Source: a virus (lineage: Duplodnaviria > Caudoviricetes). Taken from it: a DNA stretch of 56,366 nucleotides. Where the stretch lies: IMG/VR virus record IMGVR_UViG_3300028920_000081, positions 1 through 56,366 of that record. The stretch is one strand, 5' to 3'. The notes below the pieces were generated by a model that worked only from the letters and a program-made list of their open reading frames with translations, was not told the DNA's origin and searched no databases. How positions within the stretch are numbered: the stretch's first letter is position 1; each line of letters starts with the position of its first letter. Made by a program: the position numbers and the translations under genes. Shown in pieces: positions 1 to 9,651 of this stretch.

Positions 1-14
1 GTAGATAAGATTAT
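1..14. repeat. 14-nt terminal direct repeat GTAGATAAGATTAT (other copy 56353-56366)
   Basis: Exact match at both window ends. Confidence 0.9.
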
Positions 15-162
15 AGAAGATATGCCATTAAGATTATATCCTTTTATTAGATTCTGGGATTATCTTTCTTGGGAAAAGAAAGGATTAAGTTACCATGAAG
101 TAAGAAGATTAATAGGACAAGGTAGAGGATTAAAATATTTATATTTAAGGAGGAAAAAATGA
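1..162 (+). CDS. C-terminal part of the FkbM-family methyltransferase that starts at 55780 (gene spans the window ends)
   Basis: Frame 1 is open from base 1 to TGA 160-162 (VDKIIEDMPLRLYPF...YLYLRRKK). Bases 1-14 equal bases 56353-56366, in the same frame. Confidence 0.75.
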   Translation, partial: VDKIIEDMPLRLYPFIRFWDYLSWEKKGLSYHEVRRLIGQGRGLKYLYLRRKK

Positions 163-353
163 CTTATCAATATATTAAATTAAAAGGTAAAGAAAAACTT
201 GAATGGGCTATTAGTGAATTGAAAAGAGAGTTACAACCGGGAATTCATACTTATTCTCAATGCGATTGTGGAAGAAAGATGTGTAGAGCAAATAAATGTG
301 TTTATTGTTGGATTGAGGATATAGCAGAACAATTAAGGAAGAAAAAATGCTAG
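159..353 (+). CDS. Small Cys-rich (probable Zn-binding) hypothetical protein
   Basis: CDCG...C...CVYC; GGAGG upstream; ATGA overlap with the preceding ORF. Confidence 0.6.
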   Translation: MTYQYIKLKGKEKLEWAISELKRELQPGIHTYSQCDCGRKMCRANKCVYCWIEDIAEQLRKKKC

Positions 354-465
354 TATCTACAATAACCCTTTTTATGAGAAAGATAAATTATGAAGAATGG
401 CTATTTGGAATGTTAATTGAAACTATAGTATGGGCTTTGATAGTAGCAGGGGTTATTAATTTAAT

Positions 466-843
466 ATGAATTTAAAAGAAGAAACTAAAAAATATTTAGA
501 ATCTCAGGGATTTACTTGTATTGAAAGACAGAAAGAATTTTCAGATTTCATAGCATATCATAGATGTGATTTTGAAATGACTGGAGTAATAAACAAACAA
601 AACGATAATACTCAAGTTCCATTCAAACTTTACCCTTTTGTTATATTTAAAATTAAATGCCAAAAAACCTTTAAAGTAAATAAGAAAGATAAGAAAAAGA
701 TAGATAAAATATTAGATGATAAACAATGTAATGCTTTTTTAATTGCTTTTAAGAAAAACAAAAAACTTTTATTCAATCAATTCTTTCTTACTGGGAAAGG
801 AGTACCAATCTTAAATGATAACAACACAGGATATATTAGGTGA
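466..843 (+). CDS. Hjc-like PD-(D/E)xK fold protein, probably catalytically inactive
   Basis: EETKKYLESQGF, DFIAY and FLIAFKK align with 53144..53680; the ExK position reads KCQ. Confidence 0.55.
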   Translation: MNLKEETKKYLESQGFTCIERQKEFSDFIAYHRCDFEMTGVINKQNDNTQVPFKLYPFVIFKIKCQKTFKVNKKDKKKIDKILDDKQCNAFLIAFKKNKKLLFNQFFLTGKGVPILNDNNTGYIR

Positions 844-2218
844 TGATTTTGAGCATATGGCAGAATTTAATGCCGTAGCAAAAATAGATTTTAAACTTTT
901 TTGCAAAAGAATGCTTAACTTAGATTTACAAGAATATCATATGGATTGGTTTTATACCATAAGAAATAATCCAAGAGTTTCAATACTTGCTCCTACTGGT
1001 TTTGGTAAAACTGCAATTTTGGGAGCAGCTTATTCTATTTGGATGGCTTATTTTTATCAAAATAAAGAAATATTAATTATTTCTAATACTCTCCCCCAAT
1101 CTACCAGAGTTTTATCAGAAATTAAAAAACATATAGAAGATAATGAGATTCTTCAAATGCTTAAACCAAAGAACCATTTAGAAACTTGGAGTAAGCAAAC
1201 AATAAAAACTTCTTCACAATGTGTTATAAAATGCAGACCCTATTCTGAAAATATTAAAGGAGAACATGTTGATCATATTTTATTAGATGAGGCATCAAGT
1301 TATAGAGAATTACAAATTTATTTTGATTATATAGTTCCGAGAGTTAATTCAAAGGGGGGAAGAATAGTTTTAATTTCTACTCCAGAATCTCCAACAGATT
1401 TAATGGGAGTTATAAGAGCCAGGAAATTAGATTATGTATGTAAATCTTATCCAGCAGTAAATAAAAAAGGAGAATCTATTTGGCCTGAAAGATTTCCTTT
1501 AGAAAAGCTTGAAAAAATAAAAGCAGAATTAGGGGAACAATATTTTGAGAAGAATTATATGTGTAACCCAACTGCTGAAACTGAAGATGCTATTTATCCA
1601 TTATCTTCAATAATGAATTGTTATGATTATACTGAAAAATTCACAATGGCTCCAGAAGAAGAAGAACAAACATTTATGGCTTGTGATTTTGCTGTTAGTT
1701 CTGGTCCAACTGCTGACTTTGATGCTTATGTCATAATAGGTAAAGTTAGAAAACTTCATTATATAAGACATATAGAAATACATAAAGGCCTTCCAGTAAA
1801 TGCTAAAGTTGAAAGAATTAAAGAATTATTTGAAGCATATACCCCACTAAGAGTTATAGTTGATGAATCTAATGTTGGAAGCGCAATAATTGATGATTTA
1901 AGATTTGCTGGACTTCCAGTTGTTCCTCAATCATTCCAATATAAAGCCAGAAATAAATTATTAATGACTATGAAAAATATTATTGATGGAAAGAAACTTG
2001 TAATTCCTAGAAGCAAAGATGATCATAATGCTCTTAGATTAACAGATACATTAACAAAGCAATTATTAGGATTTAAAGAAACCAAATCCCCTAATACTCA
2101 AATGACTCAATATTTATCTACGGCTGCTCACGATGATATAGCAGTGTCATTAGCTATGGCGTTAAGTGAGTCTTCTAGGCAAAAGGACTTTGAAGGTAGT
2201 TTATTTGCTAGTGGGTAA
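815..2218 (+). CDS. terL: Terminase large subunit
   Basis: Walker A APTGFGKT, Walker B ILLDEA, motif III ISTP, nuclease ACDFA...DFDA...HDDIAVS. Confidence 0.95.
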   Translation: MITTQDILGDDFEHMAEFNAVAKIDFKLFCKRMLNLDLQEYHMDWFYTIRNNPRVSILAPTGFGKTAILGAAYSIWMAYFYQNKEILIISNTLPQSTRVLSEIKKHIEDNEILQMLKPKNHLETWSKQTIKTSSQCVIKCRPYSENIKGEHVDHILLDEASSYRELQIYFDYIVPRVNSKGGRIVLISTPESPTDLMGVIRARKLDYVCKSYPAVNKKGESIWPERFPLEKLEKIKAELGEQYFEKNYMCNPTAETEDAIYPLSSIMNCYDYTEKFTMAPEEEEQTFMACDFAVSSGPTADFDAYVIIGKVRKLHYIRHIEIHKGLPVNAKVERIKELFEAYTPLRVIVDESNVGSAIIDDLRFAGLPVVPQSFQYKARNKLLMTMKNIIDGKKLVIPRSKDDHNALRLTDTLTKQLLGFKETKSPNTQMTQYLSTAAHDDIAVSLAMALSESSRQKDFEGSLFASG

Positions 2219-2228
2219 AATTTAAATA
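2217..2228 (+). promoter_or_regulatory. Archaeal-type BRE/TATA promoter
   Basis: AAAATTTAAATA about 30 nt upstream of ATG 2260. Confidence 0.5.
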
Positions 2229-2259
2229 GTTATAATCCCTTGTAATAAGGAATAAAAAG

Positions 2260-2484
2260 ATGGCAGAAACAAAATCTAAAGACAAATATAATTTTAAGAC
2301 AGAACTTTCTGTATTATTAGAATTTTTACTGAGAACAATAGGATACGGATTTCCGTTAAATGTTTTTCTTACTACTGTTTTTGGTCTTCCTTTTACCTTG
2401 TTTTCTTGGATAGGTTATGGAATAGGTTTTTGGTTTTTAGAATTTAAATTAACAAAAATTGTAAGGAGCATTTTTTTTAGATAA
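2260..2484 (+). CDS. Small membrane protein (2 TM)
   Basis: Long hydrophobic stretches; lies between TerL and portal. Confidence 0.7.
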   Translation: MAETKSKDKYNFKTELSVLLEFLLRTIGYGFPLNVFLTTVFGLPFTLFSWIGYGIGFWFLEFKLTKIVRSIFFR

Positions 2485-3812
2485 TGGGTATAATTCAAGA
2501 ACTATTTGATACTCAAGGGAAGGCTTACGAATTAGCAGGTTCTAAAACTTCAGATGATTCTAATCCTATTTCAATTAAACTTTCTGATAAAAAAAATGAA
2601 GTTGAGAGAGTTGAACCTGTTGAATTGGAACAAGTATATTATTCTGATCCTATTTCTTTTAACTCTATTAATAAATCTACCCAAATGATTATGGCTGCTG
2701 GATATGAATTTAGAGGGGAAAATGCAGATTATTTTGAGGAATTTTTCAAGAATATAGGAAAGGTGGGGGATAATTTAACTTTTGATGAATTACTTGAAGG
2801 AATATTCAGAAATCAAATGATATATGGGAATGCTTATGTTGAATTAGTTAATGGGAAAAAAACAGGGGATATTGTTGATATTACTTTAATAGATTCTAAG
2901 AATATGGATTTAGCAAGAAATACAGATGGTAAAGTTGTTACGGATAATTATGGAAGACCAGTAGGATATGTTCAGAAAGTTCCTTATGGATATAATACAG
3001 ATGGTAAGGGAGATAAAGTTCCTCCAGAAGTTAATTTAAATAATGGGATATTTTTAAAGGCTGAAAGAATATGCCAATTTAAATTATATGCTATTGGTGA
3101 TAGATTTTCTGGAGTTGGATTAATAGAACCTGCTTATAAATCAATTTATAGGAGATTGAGCATTGAAGAAGCACAGACTAATTCAATTTATACTAAAGGA
3201 ACATTTCCTGTTCTTGCTTCAGTTGGAGATGAACTTCATCACCCAACACCTAGTATGACTAATGATACTCTTAAAATGTTAAGAAATTTAAAACATGATA
3301 GATACCTTGCTCACCCATATTATGTTAAACCTTATCCATTAGAAGTTAAGCAGCCAGATATAGTTGATCAATCTTTAATTTATTTGAGAAAAAATATTAC
3401 TGCATCTCTTGGAGTTCCAGAAGCTTTTGCTGTTGGAAGTGGAGAAGCAACAAATAGAGCTACTTTAAATAACCAACAAAGATTTTTAGAATTTACTTTA
3501 AGAGATATAATTAAAAGAACTATTTCTACTTTCCAAAAATATGTTTCTTCTAAAATTGCTGAAGTTAATTTAAAAACTGAAAAATATCCTGAACTGCACT
3601 TTGGAGATGTTGGAGTAGAGGAGATTAATGATAAGTCAAAAAGATTAGTTTCTTATGTTGAAAAGGGAATATTATTTCCAGAAGATATTAGGTCTTATGC
3701 TATAAAGTCTGAAGGTTTAGAAGCTGGGGAAAAAGGGGAAAGTAAAGAAGAAAAGAAAGAGGAACCAAAAGAAGAAAAGAAAGAAAAAGGAGGTAAGGAA
3801 GATGCCGAATAA
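2484..3812 (+). CDS. Portal protein
   Basis: Position after TerL; IYGNAYVEL, GVGLIEP, ASLGVPEAF...GEATNRAT portal motifs; charged C-terminal tail. Confidence 0.9.
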   Translation: MGIIQELFDTQGKAYELAGSKTSDDSNPISIKLSDKKNEVERVEPVELEQVYYSDPISFNSINKSTQMIMAAGYEFRGENADYFEEFFKNIGKVGDNLTFDELLEGIFRNQMIYGNAYVELVNGKKTGDIVDITLIDSKNMDLARNTDGKVVTDNYGRPVGYVQKVPYGYNTDGKGDKVPPEVNLNNGIFLKAERICQFKLYAIGDRFSGVGLIEPAYKSIYRRLSIEEAQTNSIYTKGTFPVLASVGDELHHPTPSMTNDTLKMLRNLKHDRYLAHPYYVKPYPLEVKQPDIVDQSLIYLRKNITASLGVPEAFAVGSGEATNRATLNNQQRFLEFTLRDIIKRTISTFQKYVSSKIAEVNLKTEKYPELHFGDVGVEEINDKSKRLVSYVEKGILFPEDIRSYAIKSEGLEAGEKGESKEEKKEEPKEEKKEKGGKEDAE

Positions 3813-4122
3813 TTTAATATTGACAGATGCTGGAGAAACTATTAATATTCAAAAAGCTTTTGCTGAAAGTTATGATTCAAATGCTGAAGTTATAAAGATT
3901 ATGCCTTATACTGATTTATTGACACAGGTAATATCTTATAATGGAAGTGGCTTTGCAGAATATCTTGGTTTTGCTCCTCCTGGAACTGCAAAAGATTCTG
4001 CAGGGTGGATGATTAAGAAATTAGTTTATTCTGGAACAAATGTAACAGATATTCAATTTGCTGATGGTGATACTAAGTTTGATAATATCTGGGATAATAG
4101 AGAATCTTTAAGTTATAGTTAA
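3802..4122 (+). CDS. Conserved viral hypothetical (possible virion) protein
   Basis: YLGFAPPG...WMIKK...FDNIWDNRESLSYS motif recalled from phage structural regions. Confidence 0.6.
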   Translation: MPNNLILTDAGETINIQKAFAESYDSNAEVIKIMPYTDLLTQVISYNGSGFAEYLGFAPPGTAKDSAGWMIKKLVYSGTNVTDIQFADGDTKFDNIWDNRESLSYS

Positions 4123-4123
4123 A

Positions 4124-5245
4124 ATGAAAAAATTACTTTATTTGATTGGAGCAATATTTTTAATTGGATTGATTTCTGCATATTCTACTACCTTTAATCC
4201 ATTTACCGGAAAATTAGATTATGTTGGTATTGGAAGTGAAAATATTAATGTTACAGGATATAATGTTACTGCAGATTATTTTTGTATTGGAGATACTTGT
4301 TATAACACTTTTGGTGGTAATTCTTCTTGGAATGAAAGTCATGCAGACACTTTGTATTATTCTATTTTAAATCCTTATGGTTTTTATAATTCTACTGATT
4401 TTAATATCACTGATTATTATACTAAATCAAATATAAATAATTTTAATTATTGGAATAGCACAAGTAATGGATTTAATGAAACTTATGCTGATGGATTATA
4501 TGTTAATGTTGATGGAGATAATATGACCGGAAATTTGAATATGAGTGGAAACAATATTACAAATATCAGCAATTTAGTTGGTAGTGGAGATAATATTGTA
4601 ATAGGGGACGCAGGAGTAGATTCTCATTCTCTTACTAGCGATGACGATTTATTTGTTTCTGGAAAATTGGAAGTTGATGGAACTATAGAATTTGATAGTT
4701 TAGTTTCTTTTAATCCTTCTGGAGGACTTTCTTCATGGGTTATTAAAGAAAGTGGAAATTCATTTCTTGGAGCATTACCTATAGCAGATGATGGAGTTCA
4801 TTTTGGTATTGTTGGAACAGATGGAAGAAGTAATTACAACCTTATTTTCACAGATTATGCTAATAGGGAAGATGATTATGACCATAGCATTCCAAGCACC
4901 AATCCAACTATTTTTCTACATTCTGCAACAGACCCAGATACAGATAATACTCAATGGGGAAGTCTTTCTCACGATACTCAAAGCTTTCAAATAGATTCAG
5001 GAACTAATATGACAGAAATAACTTCACAAGCAGAAGTTAATCAAGAACTATATGCTGGTGATGATTTAATTGTTGGAGACCCTGGTTCTGAAATTGATTT
5101 ATTTACTATAAGTGTTAATGGAACTCATGTTGTAATTAATTCAAGTTATGGATTACCAGTTTCAATAGGAAATGCTACAGATATTTGGGCTACATTCCTT
5201 TCAAATGGAACACTACAATTAAATTACGGATGTATAGGATGTTAA
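4124..5245 (+). CDS. Secreted, N-glycosylation-sequon-rich fibre-like protein
   Basis: Signal peptide MKKLLYLIGAIFLIGLISA; about 17 N-x-S/T sequons in 373 aa; YVNVDGDNMTGNLNM fibre-type motif. Confidence 0.75.
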   Translation: MKKLLYLIGAIFLIGLISAYSTTFNPFTGKLDYVGIGSENINVTGYNVTADYFCIGDTCYNTFGGNSSWNESHADTLYYSILNPYGFYNSTDFNITDYYTKSNINNFNYWNSTSNGFNETYADGLYVNVDGDNMTGNLNMSGNNITNISNLVGSGDNIVIGDAGVDSHSLTSDDDLFVSGKLEVDGTIEFDSLVSFNPSGGLSSWVIKESGNSFLGALPIADDGVHFGIVGTDGRSNYNLIFTDYANREDDYDHSIPSTNPTIFLHSATDPDTDNTQWGSLSHDTQSFQIDSGTNMTEITSQAEVNQELYAGDDLIVGDPGSEIDLFTISVNGTHVVINSSYGLPVSIGNATDIWATFLSNGTLQLNYGCIGC

Positions 5246-5246
5246 A

Positions 5247-5900
5247 ATGCCAGAAATAATTACTGAACCAAAAGAAACTAGCATAAAGTTAGGTATAGGA
5301 ATATTCATTTTAGTTGCACTTCTTGGAACTGCATTTATTATCCCAGAAGGTTATGATGCTTATCAATGTAATGATAATGATCAAACAATCGTTGGATTAT
5401 GTTTTAAGTTAAGTGCAGTAAATTCAGATGGATTACAAACAAGATGTTATTATAATGAATCTGCACCTAGAACTTATAAGAATTGTAAAACAGGCTGGAT
5501 TAAATACGACGAAAAAATTGTTGTTGGTAATGAAACCAAAATTCCTACTTACATAGAATATACTGAAAAATCACTTAGAAAGGATTTTGTTAAAAAAATA
5601 GATGCAGAAGAATATATTATTGATTTAAAGAAAGAAGTCAAATCTAATGTAACTATTTTAAGAACAGAACAAAGACCCTTTTCTGATGAAATAGAAGTAT
5701 TCTGGAATGCTTTAATATATACAGAAGGGTATGAGGAAATAGATAATGGAACAATTATTACAAGAGAAGTTTTAAGTAATGAAACTCTTAGTTCAAAATT
5801 TTCAGAAGATTCTACTGAAGAACAAATAAATGAAACTATTTCTAAGCATGCAGAGGAATATTTAAACAGATGGAATCCAAATATTATTATTTCCTCGTAA
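5247..5900 (+). CDS. Membrane-anchored exported protein
   Basis: N-terminal TM helix (LGIGIFILVALLGTAFII), four Cys, several sequons. Confidence 0.7.
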   Translation: MPEIITEPKETSIKLGIGIFILVALLGTAFIIPEGYDAYQCNDNDQTIVGLCFKLSAVNSDGLQTRCYYNESAPRTYKNCKTGWIKYDEKIVVGNETKIPTYIEYTEKSLRKDFVKKIDAEEYIIDLKKEVKSNVTILRTEQRPFSDEIEVFWNALIYTEGYEEIDNGTIITREVLSNETLSSKFSEDSTEEQINETISKHAEEYLNRWNPNIIISS

Positions 5901-8614
5901 TTGCACTTCTTCTTCTAGTTGGTATTGCAGGAGCAACAATATGGGATTCTGATGGAGATTTAGAAGCATATTGGCATTTAGATGGAAATGGTTTAGATCA
6001 TTCATATAATTTAAATAATTTAAATATAAGTGGCCCAACAGTTGTAGATGGATATTATGGTCAAGCGTATCATTTTGATGGTGTTGATGATAATATGACT
6101 TTTTCTGATATAAATTTAACTGAATGGACTATAACTACTTGGATTAAACCAGATATGAATATGAACCAAGTTTTAATTGCAGGGTCTTATTCTCATTATA
6201 TTTATTATAATACCTTACAACTTTTTTATATTGTAGATTCTGGTGGAACTCATAACTTATTCTTAGATGGAGCAATTTCTACTGATTGGCAAATGTGGAC
6301 ATTAACCTATGATGGAACCGATTACCATGTGTATATTAATGGAGAAATAATTGATTTAATTCCTTCTTCAGATGCAGGTAATTATTTTACGGTTAATAGG
6401 TTAGGGGATGATGGAACTCACGTTCTTAATGGTAGTTTAGATGATTATAGAATTTATGATAGAGCCCTTACTGCTGCAGAAATTGGAGAACTTTATAATG
6501 CTTCCAATATTTCTAATCAAATAATCTTTAAGGGAAGCCCGGAACTTGTTTCATTTGAAAATGATAGTCTTCAAGGAAACCATACAACTACCAATTCTTC
6601 TGAAATGTTAGGACATTGGATGTTAGATGGAAATGCTTTGGATAATACTACAAATAATAATGATGGAACTCTTGGAGAAGATGTATTTTATTCAGATAAT
6701 TGTCTTGTAGGCCAATGTACTATATTTGATGCTATCGGAGATTATGTTGATGTAGGGGATATTGATTTTACTGGCAATTTTTCCATAAGTATGTGGGCTT
6801 ATTCTTATGATTGGGGTACTAATGATAGATTTATCTCCAAGGGATATACAAACAATGGTAATTTTTTTATAGCCTTTTATTCTGGAAGCACCCCAAGAGT
6901 TTATATGAAAGATTCAAATGGGAATATAATAGATAGTTCTAATAATTTTGATGATACTGAATTAGTTGCTGGAAAATGGTATCATCTTGTTTTAGTATAT
7001 AGCAATCTTTCTACGGTTAATCTTTATCTTAATGGTGAAAAAGATTCTTATACCTTGGACGCTAGTTCTTTAACAGGAATATTTAGTTCTGGAGATAATA
7101 TCTGGATTGGTAATGCAGATGATGGAAATGATGCCACTGCTTTTGATGGTGCCATAGACGAAGTAATAATTTTTAATAGGACTTTATCAGATTCTGAAGT
7201 TCAAGAAATTTATAATGAAAGTAAAGACCAAGGGAGTAATCTTGTAGGACATTGGAAACTAAACGGAAATGCTTTAGATTCTGGAGGAATTTTACACGGA
7301 AAAAATTATGGAAATTCTTACTTTTCAAATAAAGGAAAATTTTCTGGGGCAGCAAATGTTTATGGAGAGGGAGATTATATACAAAGCACACACTATTATG
7401 ATATAACTCCTATAAGGAATGAAACATTGTCTGTATGGTTCAAAAGGTTAGGAGATGGACCAAATGCTGCAACTTCTGAAGGTATTCTTTGCAATGCAGT
7501 TCCCACATTAAATGCACAATCAAATATATATCTTCAGGAATATGGAGAAGAAATAAATTGTGTTATGGCAACTAAAAATATTAATTATGGTTATTCTACA
7601 ACTAATGAATGGGTTCATGTTGTTTGCACAGAAGAATATGATAATTCTTCTGGGGAAGAAAGAGTAACAATATATATGTATGTCAATGGAGAACTTGTTA
7701 CTGGAGGTTATAAAACTGGAGTTTCTAGTTATCAATATATTTCAAATAGTATTTTGCTTGGGGTTCAAAAAACAAATGGTCATTCCTTTTTTAATGGATT
7801 AATAGACGATGCTAGAGTTTATGAAAGAGTATTAACAGTAGATGAAATAAAAGAATTATATAATGAATCCTTACAATCTCATAAAATTATTTTAAGAGGA
7901 AGTCCAGATAAAGAGGTAGTAGAAGATGATTTAGTAGGATATTGGAAAATGGATAATAACGCATCAGATTTATCTCCTTATAATAATGATGGGACTGTTT
8001 ATTCTGAAACAGGAAAAGCTTTTTTTGGAAATGGTAAATTCTTCAAGGGTTTTCAAACCTCTGGAGATGGTGGAGAAGATAATTATATTCTAGTTCCAGA
8101 TAGTGAGAGTATAGAGATGGACGGAAAAAATATGAGTGTTTCATTATGGTTTAAAATAAATAATTTAGATGATTCAATTAGTTATCTTTTTGCAAGAACA
8201 GGAAGGAGCAATGTGTCTTACACTGCAAGAGTTGGAAATAATGGAGGTTTATTGTTTGGAGGGTATTATTCTGGAGCAGGAGGATTTAATTCTGTAACTT
8301 CTTCTGGATTTGGAATAGGAAAATGGTATCATGCAGTATTTATAGCAAATGGGACTAATTTAAATATTTATATTAATGGAGAATTAAACGCAACCGATTC
8401 ACAAAATCCTTTATTTCCTTTTCATGGAAAAGATGATATAGCAGATTTAAAAATTGGGGGATATGGATATGCTTCCGCACAACAATTTCCTTTTGATGGT
8501 GTTATTGATGAATTCAGATTATATAATAGAACACTAACAGATTCTGAAATAAGATCTCTTTATAATGAATCTACTCATTCAAATAAATTCGTAATAAGAG
8601 GTAACATTTATTAA
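5870..8614 (+). CDS. Secreted protein with four LamG/ConA-like lectin domains
   Basis: Signal peptide; four units of (Y/H)WxLDGNAxD...W(Y/V)H...YxNG...FxGxIDxxRxY(D/N)RxLxxxEIxxLYN. Confidence 0.9.
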   Translation: MESKYYYFLVIALLLLVGIAGATIWDSDGDLEAYWHLDGNGLDHSYNLNNLNISGPTVVDGYYGQAYHFDGVDDNMTFSDINLTEWTITTWIKPDMNMNQVLIAGSYSHYIYYNTLQLFYIVDSGGTHNLFLDGAISTDWQMWTLTYDGTDYHVYINGEIIDLIPSSDAGNYFTVNRLGDDGTHVLNGSLDDYRIYDRALTAAEIGELYNASNISNQIIFKGSPELVSFENDSLQGNHTTTNSSEMLGHWMLDGNALDNTTNNNDGTLGEDVFYSDNCLVGQCTIFDAIGDYVDVGDIDFTGNFSISMWAYSYDWGTNDRFISKGYTNNGNFFIAFYSGSTPRVYMKDSNGNIIDSSNNFDDTELVAGKWYHLVLVYSNLSTVNLYLNGEKDSYTLDASSLTGIFSSGDNIWIGNADDGNDATAFDGAIDEVIIFNRTLSDSEVQEIYNESKDQGSNLVGHWKLNGNALDSGGILHGKNYGNSYFSNKGKFSGAANVYGEGDYIQSTHYYDITPIRNETLSVWFKRLGDGPNAATSEGILCNAVPTLNAQSNIYLQEYGEEINCVMATKNINYGYSTTNEWVHVVCTEEYDNSSGEERVTIYMYVNGELVTGGYKTGVSSYQYISNSILLGVQKTNGHSFFNGLIDDARVYERVLTVDEIKELYNESLQSHKIILRGSPDKEVVEDDLVGYWKMDNNASDLSPYNNDGTVYSETGKAFFGNGKFFKGFQTSGDGGEDNYILVPDSESIEMDGKNMSVSLWFKINNLDDSISYLFARTGRSNVSYTARVGNNGGLLFGGYYSGAGGFNSVTSSGFGIGKWYHAVFIANGTNLNIYINGELNATDSQNPLFPFHGKDDIADLKIGGYGYASAQQFPFDGVIDEFRLYNRTLTDSEIRSLYNESTHSNKFVIRGNIY

Positions 8615-8620
8615 TGAGCA

Positions 8621-8633
8621 AAAGAATTATAAA
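8621..8633 (+). promoter_or_regulatory. BRE/TATA promoter, leaderless gene
   Basis: AAAGAATTATAAA about 27 nt before ATG 8660, no SD. Confidence 0.55.
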
Positions 8634-8659
8634 CTTTAAAATCTATATTACAATATAAA

Positions 8660-9244
8660 ATGGCATTTGTTTTTCCAGAAAATATAAAAAAAGGAGTTGA
8701 TTTAACTGAATTAGATGAATATTCTTTAATTTATTGGCATGATAAAATGCACATTCTTTGGCAGAAAATTTCTGAAGGATTAGTAATACCAGAGTGGGAT
8801 TTTATAAGTATTCATGCTATTCACGAAGAAGTTTTAGGTTTAATGATGGGTAAGGGAATACCTCATTTACATCCAATTAATTCTTTGGATATTGTTACTA
8901 ATGATGAAGATAAAGTTACGAAGTTTAATACGGATAATCTTATTTCTATTGAGAAGAAAGGAGAGGAAGTTAAAATACTTTCTAAAGATGGGGAAGATTT
9001 AACTAAAAAATTATATGGTAAATATAAAGACATTCATAAATCTCTTTTGAATCTTCATAAAGAAAATTTTGCTGCATTAGGAAATATTGAAGGAGATTCA
9101 ATAGTTTTATTTGATTTGATAGAATATAATGGGGTTAATGTTGGATATGTTCCATTTAAACAAAGAGTAAAATATCTTAATAACTTTTATTTTGATGAGA
9201 GGATAAAAAAGAATGAGAAAGAAATTAAGCCAAACAAAGATTAA
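8660..9244 (+). CDS. Degenerate ATP-dependent DNA ligase adenylation-domain protein
   Basis: IEKKGEEVKILSKDGEDLT and VLFDLIEYNGVNVGYVPFKQRVKYL resemble ligase motifs Ia and IIIa; KxDG is altered (KFNT); motifs IV/V and OB domain absent. Confidence 0.55.
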   Translation: MAFVFPENIKKGVDLTELDEYSLIYWHDKMHILWQKISEGLVIPEWDFISIHAIHEEVLGLMMGKGIPHLHPINSLDIVTNDEDKVTKFNTDNLISIEKKGEEVKILSKDGEDLTKKLYGKYKDIHKSLLNLHKENFAALGNIEGDSIVLFDLIEYNGVNVGYVPFKQRVKYLNNFYFDERIKKNEKEIKPNKD

Positions 9245-9455
9245 CAACGGATTAGATAGTGTTGTTGTTCAAATTCTTTTTTTTGAAACAGATGATACAC
9301 AAAGATTAGAAAAATTAAATAAATTTGGCTCTTGCTTGGATATTCTAGCAAAACAAGGATATGATGTTACAGAATATCGTGGGATTTATGAAGAATTAAA
9401 AGGTGATGAAGAAAAATACGGGTGGATTCATAATAATGGAAAAAGACATAGGTAA
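9213..9455 (+). CDS. Hypothetical protein
   Basis: ORF in an overlapping gene series. Confidence 0.5.
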   Translation: MRKKLSQTKINNGLDSVVVQILFFETDDTQRLEKLNKFGSCLDILAKQGYDVTEYRGIYEELKGDEEKYGWIHNNGKRHR

Positions 9456-9651
9456 AATAAAAAAGAACGAAGAAGTTGATATTGTAGTTAGAGTTGATGA
9501 CTTTGGTGGAAAACCAGGATTAACTATCAGAGAATTTGTTTGCTCAGAAAGATATACCGGGTTCACTAAATCTGGGGTTAGAATCTTGGCAAAAGATTTA
9601 CCTCTATTTAAAGAAATGATAAATTCTATTGAAGAAAAAGATTTAAACTAA
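9436..9651 (+). CDS. PC4/YdbC-like ssDNA-binding protein
   Basis: IVVRVDDFGGKPGLTIREF...GFTKSGVRI PC4 pattern; start reassigned to MEKDIG. Confidence 0.7.
   Translation: MEKDIGKIKKNEEVDIVVRVDDFGGKPGLTIREFVCSERYTGFTKSGVRILAKDLPLFKEMINSIEEKDLN

Noticed and set aside
3720-3800. Tandem repeats at the portal C-terminus and in the scaffold (11440-11565)
   Set aside because: Low-complexity E/K coding sequence, common in these proteins
8660-9244. Complete Ku-LigD NHEJ system
   Set aside because: The ligase-like ORF lacks intact motif I, motifs IV/V and the OB domain, and is unlinked to Ku
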